64,000 nucleotides of DNA from the human T2T-CHM13v2.0 reference genome, Homo sapiens. Positions 30,261 to 43,810 of the stretch are shown here, one piece after another. The DNA lies in the NCBI RefSeq assembly GCF_009914755.1, contig NC_060947.1. The stretch is one strand, 5' to 3'. Position numbers and translations under genes: made by a program. A model generated the notes under the pieces. That model was not told the origin of the DNA, ran no database searches, and saw nothing but the letters and a program-made list of their open reading frames with translations. Positions within the stretch are counted from its first letter, which is position 1. Every line of letters starts with the position of its first letter.

Positions 30261-31370
30261 TCAGGTTTTTTTAATCTTTTATTTTTTCCCTTCTCATATA
30301 TTCTCTCTTGGTTTTAATCTTGGGTCTATAAATCTGTGTTTGAGAAGTAGCATACTACACACCTCAACATGAATCAGGCCCTTCAAATAAAAGATAAAGC
30401 TCTTTTTAAAAAGCCTGTTTTGAGTAAAACACACTTGACTGTATCGTGAAACATTTCCTCATAGGGCTTACTTTCTTAAAAGTTATTTAGTGTAACAACT
30501 GAGGTTTCTTTTATTTTTATCTTATTTAAGTCTTTGTAATTGGGGGTAGAAGGAGAGGATCTTGTGAGTTGGGTTTAGTTTTATTTGTGATCTGACTGGG
30601 GCAATTTTGTCATGATGTTGCCTGTGGACTAGACTTCAAAGTCCTCGGTGAATACCCTATATGTGCCTAGTGATGAAGGAAGCAAACAGGACTGGCACTT
30701 GGAAACATTGTGATGTCATGACCATAAGCCCTTTGTGCTGGCCCCGGTGTCCAAGAAGCCCTGAGACAAAGAACCTGGGTTTCTCTCTGTATGTGTTTTC
30801 ATGTCCCATTACTTGGCTCAAACTTCCATCTAGCACCTGGCAAAATAGAACCTGCTGACCAGCGGGGCCTCCTCAAGGAGGCTCCAACTTAACATTGAGC
30901 TCTGTGAGAAAGTGGAAGCAAAATACCAGTGAGAAGCAATAGCAGTCTCGTCTGCCCAGGAGCAGAGTGTACAGGTTGGCTTTCACGGTCTCCTGGAGCC
31001 CCACTGCACATGTGCCTGCAGATCACTGGCAGCTCCCAGAGAGAAGCTGGGGGAAGCTTCTGATCCCTGGGGCCCACAAGGGTAATGCTCTCTCTGTCTG
31101 GGATGTAGATCCCAGGTCTCCTGCATCCAGGTAAGCTCTCTCTGTCCTGCCCCCATTAGGCTGGGCTCTGTCTTCTCCTGCTTCGGGAATGATAGAAATG
31201 TTCTATTTCTTGATTGTGATGGTGAACAGACTGGGTAGCACATCCTTGTTATTTTCAGGGCAAGCATCACCACTCTCTCCCCTTCAAGACCCCAGTCCTC
31301 TTAGAAAACAACCAACCCACCAACCAACCAAAAAGAGATAGACAATTCTGGGCAGCCTTAGGAATCTTAA

Positions 31371-32960
<1,590 letters not shown>

Positions 32961-34100
32961 TGCTGAGGCTGCTTTTTAAATACAGACTGGGGTTGGGGAG
33001 GAGGAGGTAGGCAGAGCTGCTTTGCAGTTCTCCTAGATTCAGAAGTTAGACCTGGCATTCATGTGCTTCACAACAAGCTTATGAAGGAGTTAATGAATAA
33101 AACCCATTTCACAGATGAGGAAGTAGAGGTTTGGAGAGGTGTACTTGCCCGAAGTCACACACCTAACAAATGGAAGAGCTAGGATTTAAACCCTGGAACC
33201 TTTGTGTCAGTGCACAGGGGCTTACCCCCTATCCTCTCCCATCTCTCTCCCCAGTGATCACCGTGGCAACTTGGGAATTCTGCTGCCTTGACACTCTATA
33301 CATCACATTTACATCTATCCTCAAGGGGACACAACGACCCTGGGAGGTGGCATTCAACCCCTTTTTTTCAGAGGAAGCAGTTAATGATCAGAGAGGTGAA
33401 GTGACTTTCCCAAGGCCAACAGCTTGCCTATAGAATTTCTGGGACCTGAATCAGGTTTCCTAGTTCCAAGTGCTTTCTGCTAGAGCATGGTAACCCACAG
33501 CTACATTTAAAATTTTTCATTCCTAATTTTCTTTTTCTTCAGCCTTCTCTTTCCTCAGTAAGAATGCCCCTCCCTTTCCTCCACCTTCCCCTGCCTCAGG
33601 CCCAATACATTGAACCTGGTAGGATTAAGTTGAGGCAGGAGTGGGGACTGGGGAGATCAGAGCATAGAGGCCAAGGGAGAAGTAGCAGGAAACAGGCCAT
33701 TTCCTCGCTCGGGCCTGCTTCTTATCTAGGAGGTGAGAGGCCAGAGGTGGAGGTAAGGGATGAAGCCAACCAAATCCAGAGTGCAGGCTCCTCCTGGTGC
33801 TGCCTAGCCTGCCTCCCCCAACTGCAGAGAACAGGATGAAGCCTCTGAAGGTAGGAGGTGCCTCCAGCCCTCCAGCCTGTGCCTTAGCAAAAGCGGGAGG
33901 ACTCTGGGGGAGAGGGGCGGAAACAGGTGTAGGCTGTGCTACTCAGAAGGGTTGTGGAAGAAGCAGCCTGAGGTCGCATCTATTGCCCCCTCCTCTCTAT
34001 TATCCTGGAGCCCTGGAGAGGGAGGCCAGCCATCTTCTCACAGGCCTCCTGCATGATGGGGGGGTGTATGTGTGCAAAATGCAGGGAAGCCTGAAGATTC

Positions 34101-34102
<2 letters not shown>

Positions 34103-34152
<50 letters not shown>
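34103..34152. repeat. (CA)n microsatellite
   Basis: Perfect AC run ~2.6 kb upstream of MTM1 exon 1. Confidence 0.98.
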
Positions 34153-34154
<2 letters not shown>

Positions 34155-34162
34155 AAATGTGA

Positions 34163-34556
<394 letters not shown>

Positions 34557-35582
34557 CATAGTGTACAACCTTTACAGTTTTCAAAGTGCTTCCTCATCTG
34601 TTGCCTCATTCGATCTCTGCACCTACACCGTGAGACAGGCACGGCAGGGGTTACTCTCTCCATTTCACAGGCCAAAGGCTAATCTTCTCTACTGGCCCTT
34701 TCTGGTTGAATTGCATCTTTCTAGAGGTGGGGCTGGGCTGGGGCTGGACCCTGGAAAAATCTTCAGGAATTACCTCCTTAGGATGAGACCATCCCTGCTC
34801 TGCACCTTCCCCACCTCCTAACCCCCAGCTCCTCCCAGCTCCATCGAAAAGCTTTGGCCTCATCTTGGGACACTTAACCAGGCCTATTATATGCAAGGTA
34901 TCCCAGGCAGCTGCTGCCCTCCCTCCACCCATCCCCATTTTCCTCTATCCCTCTGCCCTAAGATTCACAGATACCAGGAATCCAGAGTTATTCAGCAGCC
35001 CACCAGGGAGCCTCTCTAGCATGCAAATTTACTGAGCGTGCTTTGAAATTCAGCACAAAAGTGAATGAGATTCAAAGGAGTTCATAGTCTGGGGAGGGGA
35101 GTTGGCAGAGCAGACGTGTAAGCAAATGATGACATCAGTACAACAAGAAGGGCTGGGTGGGGGAGACTTCTAATTGTGCGGGGGCCCAGGAGCAGCTGCT
35201 ATTCTGCTGTCTTTCCAGGAGTTTGGCAAATCCAGGAGAGAGGACCAAGTGGAAAGGGCTGGAGGAAAGAAAAAACCCAGTGCATCAAGTTCCCTGGAAC
35301 TAGGCCAGAGCTTGGGGTGAAGAGCAAAAAGAGGCACACTGGGAGAAGTGGCTAAAGAGTGGGTTGGGTTGGATTCTGGATGGCTTTGTTACTCTTCTAA
35401 GAAGTCTAGACTCTTCAATAAAGCATATATATATGCATATATAAATGATATATGAATATATGTGTATATGTGTGTGACTATGTAGAAACACACGTACACA
35501 TATACACTGGTATCAGGTAAAATGCTGTTTTTAGATGCTGGAGAACTAACACATACAAGAGAAAAAAAACAGGTCATGATAA

Positions 35583-36066
<484 letters not shown>

Positions 36067-36349
36067 TAGTTGTCTGACCCAAACCTCAACAAGTAGAAGG
36101 AATTTTGGACTGAAATGTTTCCGTTCACTAAGTCTCAATTGCGTTCTTGGAAAGGTGCTGGCACAGCTGAGGGACACCCCAGCTGTTAGTTGAGTTTGTG
36201 AATTGCAGATCCTGCCCCAGAGTCAGTGAAATTTCTTTTTCCCTTATACTATCTCAACTTTACGCAGCCAACCCTGTGTACCCAATAATAGCTCAATTTA
36301 GTGGCATCCGCTAAAGTCTTGTATAGAGAAGTTTTCCCTCTGGATTTCC

Positions 36350-37450
36350 CCTTTACTGAAGAAAAATGGGGAGACCCAGACAAGGGTCCCGGGACTACGC
36401 TTCCCAGCCGCCTCCGCCCGGCGCCCAGTCCAACTTCCCTTACAGGGATGGCCCCTGGCATCTTGGCCCCGCCCATCCCCAGCACCATATTGCGAACTAC
36501 AATTCCCAGCTGCCTCCATGCGTCGGACCCTTCAAAATGGGCTTCCCAGCAGCCTCTCGGGCGAAGAGCCCCGCCCTTCGGAGCTGCTCCCCAGGTCGAC
36601 CCGGCGCACTCTTCCTGCCCCCTGCCCCGTCACGTGATGCAGTCCCGCCAACCGGCACGGGGAGGCGGGCAGCGGGCGGTGGCCGGGGGCGGGCAGGCCG
36701 TGGGGGGCGGACCCCAGAGGGGGCGGAGCAGGGCCCGGCAGCCGAGCAGCCTGGCAACGGCGGTGGCGCCCGGAGCCCGAGGTGGGTGCGCGCTCACGGC
36801 TGGCCTGGCTCGGAGCCGGGCACTGCGGGGACCCGTGGTGAGGGGATCGGGAGGAGGAAGTTGGGACTCCTTGGGCCAGCGGGTCGCGCGGGGCCTTGCC
36901 GCACCGTCAGGGTTGGGTGGGGGTTTCGTCCAAGCGCCGTCGCTGTCCCCGCGGGGCAGGGCTGAGGCCAGGGAGCAGCAGGCAGGTACCTCCGGCTTCC
37001 TCCCGTTCTCCCCGCCCAAGGTGGCCGGCCGGCGGCGGGCGAAGGTCGGGACGGGGGTAGGGGTTGGCTGGCCGTGGAGCTGGGGGCGGACGTCTCAGCC
37101 ACTGCCTGGACTTTGCTTCCCCGTCCCGGGGCGGTGAGTGGGCCGGGCGTCCGCCCTGCCTCCCCGGCGACGCTCCGCGGCTGGTCCTCGCCTTGGCCCT
37201 CCGCACGGAGCGGGCGTCCGTCGCATCCCCGGTGGGCCCTGCGGAGCGGCCGCAGCCCGGCACTGGCCGCGAAGCCTCGATGGCCGCTCTCGGCCAGTGT
37301 TTCTGTGTCATACACGAGAGGTTTATCTGCTTTTGCAACAGTTGAGGGAAGATCTTAGAGGGAACGGTTAGTTCCCTGATACGCAGTCGGAAGTATGTAC
37401 AGGCACGAGCAAGCGCCCGTGGCCGGGTTGCCTCCCTTAACTGTCTTTTG
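36350..37450 (+). promoter_or_regulatory. MTM1: MTM1 CpG-island promoter (TATA-less)
   Basis: Dense CpG; ZNF143/THAP11-type ACTACAATTCCCAGC (36496-36510) and ACTACGCTTCCCAGC (36394-36408); GTCACGTGAT E-box (36629-36638); multiple GGGCGG boxes; spans exon 1. Confidence 0.93.
36716..36781 (+). other. MTM1: MTM1 exon 1 (non-coding 5'UTR); exact TSS approximate
   Basis: agagggggcggagcagggcccggcagccgagcagcctggcaacggcggtggcgcccggagcccgag followed by donor GTGGGT; joined to 60246 it gives the MTM1 5'UTR as I recall it (...gcccgagAGTTTCCAGGATG). Confidence 0.88.
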
Positions 37451-37939
37451 CTGCGCTCAGGAAGTGAAAACTAATTTTAGTATTTGCCTAAGCAAGTAAG
37501 AAGTGAATCTGCTGCAAAAATTATATTAGAGCTTTATAGACGCACGCATCGTTTGAGGCGAAGTGGGTTGCGACTGGTTTTGAAACAGATACACCAGATC
37601 TTCACAAGAATAAAATTATAGCATTTTAGAATTGACTGGCACCCTGAAGTTTACATTGTTCATTTGTTTCCTGGATGGGGGAACTGAGGCCCAGAGAGGG
37701 TAACTAATATGTCCCGGGCTTCAGGGCAACTTAATGGCAAAGCTAATATCACAAGCCAGCTCTTTGGGGGTATCTTGGTGTCTGTCTAGTCTGGATTCTT
37801 TTTACCACAGCTCAGTATTATTCCTTGTGAAATAAGCACCTTAGAGTCTTGAGACTGAGCCAGCAATTTTGCTAGACTGCAAACCATTTTGAATTTCCTT
37901 CAAAATCGGTTTACCAACCAAATAAGACAATCAGGCCTG

Positions 37940-38070
37940 TTACTTTGCAGACACGTTTGCCTTCATCCAACATATATATTGGGCACGATCATGTATTCAC
38001 CAGATTTGATTCTGAATGGCTTTTGGCTGCTTCACAAAATCAAATCTACTTTTCAGAGATTCCACACCAT
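37940..38070 (+). mobile_element. Ancient mariner transposase relic (MARNA-like)
   Basis: Translates to YSPDLILNGFWLLHKIKSTF, resembling the mariner YSPDLAPxDFxLF catalytic motif region. Confidence 0.7.
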
Positions 38071-38239
38071 GGGGGAGATTTGAACCAGTGGTGCTGCCTG
38101 CAGCACCAGTGTATAGTACCCTCCCGGGTGCTTGAGGGTGGATAACATTCACGGGGGGCTTGTAGATTCTAGTGTAGTTAGTAAATGATTGGTCTCTTTA
38201 ACTTAAAGTTCTAACTACATTTATTAAGTTGTCGATGGT

Positions 38240-38480
38240 TTCATTCATTCATCAAACACAAGAATGCCAACGGTGGGCACTGGGAAGACAGCAAAGAGCC
38301 CCACTGCTGAGGTCCCTGCCTTATAGAGTTTATATGTGGGGAGGCACACAATAAAAAAATAAACAATGATATATTTTCTGGCAGAGATGAGCGCTATGAG
38401 AAAAAATAGAGCTCTGAAACCTTACAATGACAGTAAAACAGGCTGGCATGATTGAGAATGACTTGGGCATTACTTTGAAT
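38240..38480 (-). mobile_element. L2 3' fragment
   Basis: ttcattcattcatcaaaca...ggcactgggaagacagc...ccctgccttatagagttta. Confidence 0.75.
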
Positions 38481-39459
38481 TTCTAGTTTTAGATTGCCAG
38501 CTGCTGCTCCAGTAAAGGAAATAAATCCAAAAGTAAATCTCTGAATCAAAGAGATTTTTTGGAGTCATCATTTCTCCAATGAGTGTCTTTTAGATGGTAA
38601 GCTCATCCCAGCCTCATTTTTACTCACATTTCCCCCCACCCCGACATGCAAACAGTAAGTGATTTCAAATACCTAGAGAGGTATTTTTCAAATCCTTTGC
38701 TGTTTTCATAGTTAGATAGCTGACTGTAGCTACAGAAAGCTCTGCTGAGGTCAATATTGGTTGTTGATTTCATGCCGGTGTCTGCTGGACTCTCAGGCTA
38801 CCTTGCACAAGGGTTTCTCTTCCTGTGCAATGGTTTGTACTGTGAACCTCTTATCTGAAATGATCATCAGTCCTTGTGTGGTTTGTAAAGAAACTAGTTC
38901 ATTTTGAAATAGCTCAAGAGAAAAGAAGCACTCATTCTTAGGAACAAGAGTGCTCGCTAATAAAATGGCATTAATGAGAGTTGACTGTAAAAGTTCATCT
39001 GTTTAATACCTTCTAAGTTCTCTCATATTCTGTATGTTCAATGGCTTCAAAGCAAAATTTTAAACTTTTACAGGTCTGAAAAATAATTAAAGTTACAAAA
39101 AATACTTTAATATTTTTTGTTCCAAAATGAGAGGCAGATTAACAAAATGTAGTTACTTAGAAACCACTGAAAACACATGGTTCTTGCTCTTATTGAGGGC
39201 TCCAAAATAAAGAGAAAAGTGGAGACTCTCAACGATTAATAGGTGACATTTTAAAGGGGTAACCAGAGGATTTCAAAGGCTGGAGTTTCTCATTTCTAAA
39301 GTTTATTCGATTTTGTAACAGAATAATAGATTGTTTTCATTATTCTTTAGTAATTTTCCTTTCCTGTTTTCGACCTCTTTGAAGTTCTGCTTTCATTATT
39401 TTCTAGTTTTCTAGTTCTTTATTTCCTTTTTGGCAGATGTGGGGGATAGGGACCGTCAT

Positions 39460-39700
39460 TTGCCTAGAAGATTTTGACTCTGGATTGGGCAGCCTGCCCC
39501 AATTTGAATCCTGGACCTAATATTATCTGTGTGACTTTAGGCAAGGTACTTAACTCTGTGCTTTAGTTTCCTTATCTGTCAAATGAGAATAATAATAGTA
39601 CCTTTCTCAAAGGGTTGCTGGAGGGACTGAGTGAATAATCTATGCTAAGTGCTTAGAAAAGTGTCTTGCATGTAGTAGACACTAAAGAAAAGCTGTTATT
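39460..39700 (+). mobile_element. MIR SINE
   Basis: tgtgactttaggcaaggtacttaactctgtgctttagtttccttatctgtcaaatgagaataataatagtacct. Confidence 0.85.
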
Positions 39701-42604
39701 GACTTGAACGATATGGAACTCTTTTGTTTTTAAGAAAATACATTATTCTAGCTATGTCTTAATAAACTTTTGGAATCCAGTAGCTTGCTTTTCTCGACAT
39801 TTCTCTGCATTTCCTTGTTGGCACGAGCTTTTGGTTCCAGGCGACGCTGGCAGCAGTGTCCTCCGTTCTTGCAGTGCTATATTCCCTTTACCATTTGGAC
39901 TTAGAAATTTCTTGAGGCCAAATTTTGTTGCTACAAACAATAATAGAGCAAGAGAGGCCTTCTTCTAGTTTATCTGCCTTGAAAGTGAGAGTGTATCAGG
40001 AGACCCAGTAGGAGTTACTGAGTTAGGTCCCGTTGTCATCCTGTAGTTGGGGGAAGATTTTTCATTGGAAATCTTTGCAGTGTATTTTTCCACTGTGAGT
40101 ACCACGACAGTCTCATCTTTTTCTTTTTAAGAATGTGGAGGCATCTCTTTAGATAATTGGCATTGTGTACTACTAGTGCTTTCTATTTCTACCAGAGGAA
40201 CTATGGTAAATGAGCCTTTTGTTTGTGTGAGGTGGTAGAAAGCTTCCTGCATTTGGATTCCAGAAGCTGAGTTCAGGTCCCAGTTCTCTTCCTTAACTCT
40301 GTGTCACTGGACAAGTCATTTAACCTTGCTGCTAGTGGCTCTTCCATCTGTAAGATAGAGCTAATAAAACCTGCCCTGCCAAGTTTCCAGAGTTCGTCAG
40401 AGAATCAAATGTGCCTCAGAGCCCTTTGTAAAGTGTGCAGCATTATTATTATTGCATGAATGTGTTGTATAAGCAGTTGCTATTTGGAGAACTGGTATAA
40501 GAGGGCAGTTGTCCTTCCTGTTCTTGGACTGTCTTCCCTGTGGCTGTAGGTGTGGCCTCTCTGCCTCAATCTCCCTCTTCTGTCATCATTAAAATATGCA
40601 GGTATTTATATTGCCTCTTTCATAGGGGCCTGATGTCACTGGTATACCATAACAAGTTTTTGTTTTATGTATTCCTAAAATGGTAGTAGTGTATAACCAA
40701 CAATCACAGGGTGACAGCAAGGCAAGCTCAGCCTCAGGGAATGTTGCCTGCCTCTCCCAAGTGTCTCAGAATGGAAGACTTTCTCTTTTCCAATCGAGAC
40801 CTGACCGCAGCTCCTGAGTCCATACTAGACTGGATGCTTGTGCTTCTGGGGTTAGAATAAAAAGCGATCCAGGCTCTGGGGAAGAGATGGTTGATAGCTC
40901 CCCAGGTCTGTACCATCCTCCTTGCTGGAACAGGGCGGGCTCCTGAGTGATAGGGCAGGCGCCTGAGCGGCCTTTTCTCGTTAAAGTTGTTTCTCAGTAT
41001 CTTGAAATGTCTCTGTAAGTTGCACTTTGCAATGAATTTCATGTACTTGTATTAGTTTAGTATTGCTGTTCCTTGACTGTTTGTCTTAATAGGTAACTCC
41101 TACATATTTCAGTATGTTTTTCATTTTCTATGATTGTAATAAAAAGGGCGAGGTTGGAGATATTTTTTCTGATTGTCTGAAACCTAAGATGGTCCTATAC
41201 ACACAGTAGACATTTAGTAAACATTATTTAACTTGAACTAGACAAAGGAGGCCAGCTTAGAATTGTTCACACATGATCATTGTAACCAATTCTGTTGCAT
41301 GTCTAGAGATCATGCTCCCTGTCTGCCAGATGAAATGGAGCTCATGCTTAACCTTTCTTGCCGTGGTCAAACAGCAAATGAGAAAGTTCTTTGAATCAGT
41401 CATTGTCTTGCCACCCTTTTCTTCTCAGCTTCTTGATTTTTGAACTCTTGGCATGAGCAGTTTGAGTACAGATTAGTTTTTGCTTTGCTTGCTAGTATGT
41501 TTGGGGTGGGAAGTTGAAGGGGGAATAATTGAAAGTAAAAATAAAAGTTGTTTGTAACTCATTCATCTCTTATCCCCTTGCCTCCAAACCCTGACAGCAC
41601 ACAGCAATGCCCTTTCTTTAGCATGTGATAATTGTTATATTTTGATAGCATGTCCTTGAACTTTTTTGTGAGAAGGAAGCATTGTTTATTTCCCAGAGCC
41701 TTTTGCTTGGAATGTAATGGATTGCTACATCAGTTATCCTTTCCCCTTCTTGGGAGATGTAGAGGCAGAGGTGGGTTATAAGGTAGATTCTTAGCATCAG
41801 GTGGTGGTGCTTTAAATTCCCTTATATGACTTTTAAATTGCTTTATGGCCCTGAGACAACTTAGGTGGGGATTTAGGAGAATAGGTACTATGCTGGAATC
41901 CAGCAGGCCTGGAATTGGCCCAAGCTCTTTTACTGAAATAAGAAATGTACCTGCCTGCACAGCAGTGACCCTTGGCCATGACATGAAATATACCTGCGTG
42001 TCAGTACTGTTTGTGGATAACAGTAAGAAGGAAAGTTTGCACTTGGTTTCAGTGAGACCCCAGGAGGGCGCTGCGGTTAACACGGGTTATGTGACTAGGA
42101 GGATATGAGAAACCCCAGCCAGTATTCCATTTTGAGTTTCCTGGTTCTGAGGTGTTCCTTGCCCATGTCAGTGGTTCTGGATCTGGGAGAGAAAGCACAG
42201 GTCCCTACTGCCCTAACAAAGGGAGGACTGACCGTTGGTGCTGGCCCCCACCTCTTTGAATCCCTTGCTTGGAGAGAGAACTGATTTTTTCAAAGTTGAA
42301 GCTGAGTCTAACTCTGCTGGACATGTCCTTCCTTCACTATATCAACTCTAATAATCTCCCCAGAGATTCCCATTACGCCTATGGCATGAAACAGGTTTTT
42401 CTTATTGATGGGGATTGCCGTTGCTCCCCGGGAGCTGGTGAAACAGGCAGAATTTCAAGCCCCATCCTCACCCACTGAGACCCACCACCGACTCCTTAAG
42501 CTGAATGTGAATTTTAATGAGGCCCCCGGGTGATTTTGCAGTAAATTAAAGTTCGGAAATAGTCTAATAGTACCAGCTCATATCCTGGCTTCCCAGTCCT
42601 TTAA

Positions 42605-42860
42605 GATAGCGCTAGCCAATAGAGAATGTGTAATTTAAAATTTTCTAGTAGCCACATTGAACAAGTAAAGAAACAGGTGAAATCAATTTTAATATATTTA
42701 ACACAGCATGTGCGAAATATTTCAATGTGTCATCGACATAATAATGACACGTTTTTCCTTTTTTGGTACTAAATTGTCAATCAGGTGTATATTTTACATT
42801 ATAGCCCATCTCAGTTTGGATTAGCCACAGTTCAAGTGTTCAGGAGCTACAGCTGTGGAG
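42605..42860. mobile_element. hAT-Charlie MITE (MER33/MER3-like)
   Basis: aatttaaaattttctagtagccacatt...aaacaggtgaaat...tcaggtgtatattttacatt...agccacagttcaagtg. Confidence 0.75.
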
Positions 42861-43379
42861 AGATACATTTGGTCTTGATTTGCTGAGGATTTCATCAGAT
42901 TCACTGTCAATGCTTAAATAGCCGCCTCAGTCATAATTTACATTAATATTAGGTGTAATCTTTGCCAAGTCCTTAGCCCAGTGCTTTTACATCAGGTCTC
43001 ATATGAATCCTCACAGCATCGCTTTGAGGTAAAAACTGTTAAGATCCCCACTGAGTTTCAGAGAGGTTAGGTCTAAGCTGAAGCGTTTAGGAAGCAGTAA
43101 TATCAGGATTTGAACCCAGGCAAGTCTGACTTCTGGGTTTGCAGCCTCCGCTGCAACTTCCTGCAGCTCTCATGACTACAGGGTTTTTTCTCGGTTTCAG
43201 TTTTTAGTTTTGTAAGCCATATTAAAAAGGCACCATTGGTATATGTATGAAATGCAATCTTCTTTCTTGAGGGGAACTTCAAAGAACTCGAGGAATGCCT
43301 CTTTCTTCTCTGGCTTTTCAGAGCTGGTGCAGAGTCCCTAAACAGAAGTTTCCTCATAGAGGGAATACCACGGACCAGG

Positions 43380-43810
43380 AGATTGCCTTTCCTGCTGCTC
43401 ATTAGAATCACTTGGGGAGTTTTACATACTTGCTGCCCTGGGCATCGCCCACAGATATTCGAACTTAATTGATCTGGGCTGAGACTCTTGACATCTGCAT
43501 TTTTAAAAAGTGGTCCCAGCGTGCAGCACTACCAGGAGCGCTTCTCCAACTTCATTGCCTTATGAATCACCTGGACTTCGAGTTGAAACACAGATTCTGA
43601 CTCAGTGGTTCCGGGATGGGCCCGGAGAGCTTTTTCTTCTCATTTCCATCAAGCTCCCAGGTGATGCCAACAGTGTTGCTCTGTGGCTCCCACTCAGAGC
43701 AGCAAGCCACATCATAATCACCTGAGGGGTTTTTGCAAAACTACAAATTCCTGGCATCATGCCTGGAGTTTCTGATTCAGTAGGTCTGGGGTGGGGCCCA
43801 AGATCTTTAC
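43380..43810. mobile_element. Cluster of MER5-type hAT MITE fragments
   Basis: cattagaatcacttgggga; agattctgactcagt; aagctcccaggtgatgcc; tttctgattcagtaggtctggggtggggccca. Confidence 0.75.

Noticed and set aside
36301-37371. Long overlapping ORFs (278, 199, 173 and 143 aa) over the MTM1 promoter
   Set aside because: Stop-poor GC-rich CpG island giving Gly/Ala/Arg/Pro-rich translations in all frames; exon 1 is non-coding and the real start is at 60256
42055-42078. CTCF-like ccaggagggcgctg
   Set aside because: Only the 3' half matches the consensus; not supportable without ChIP data
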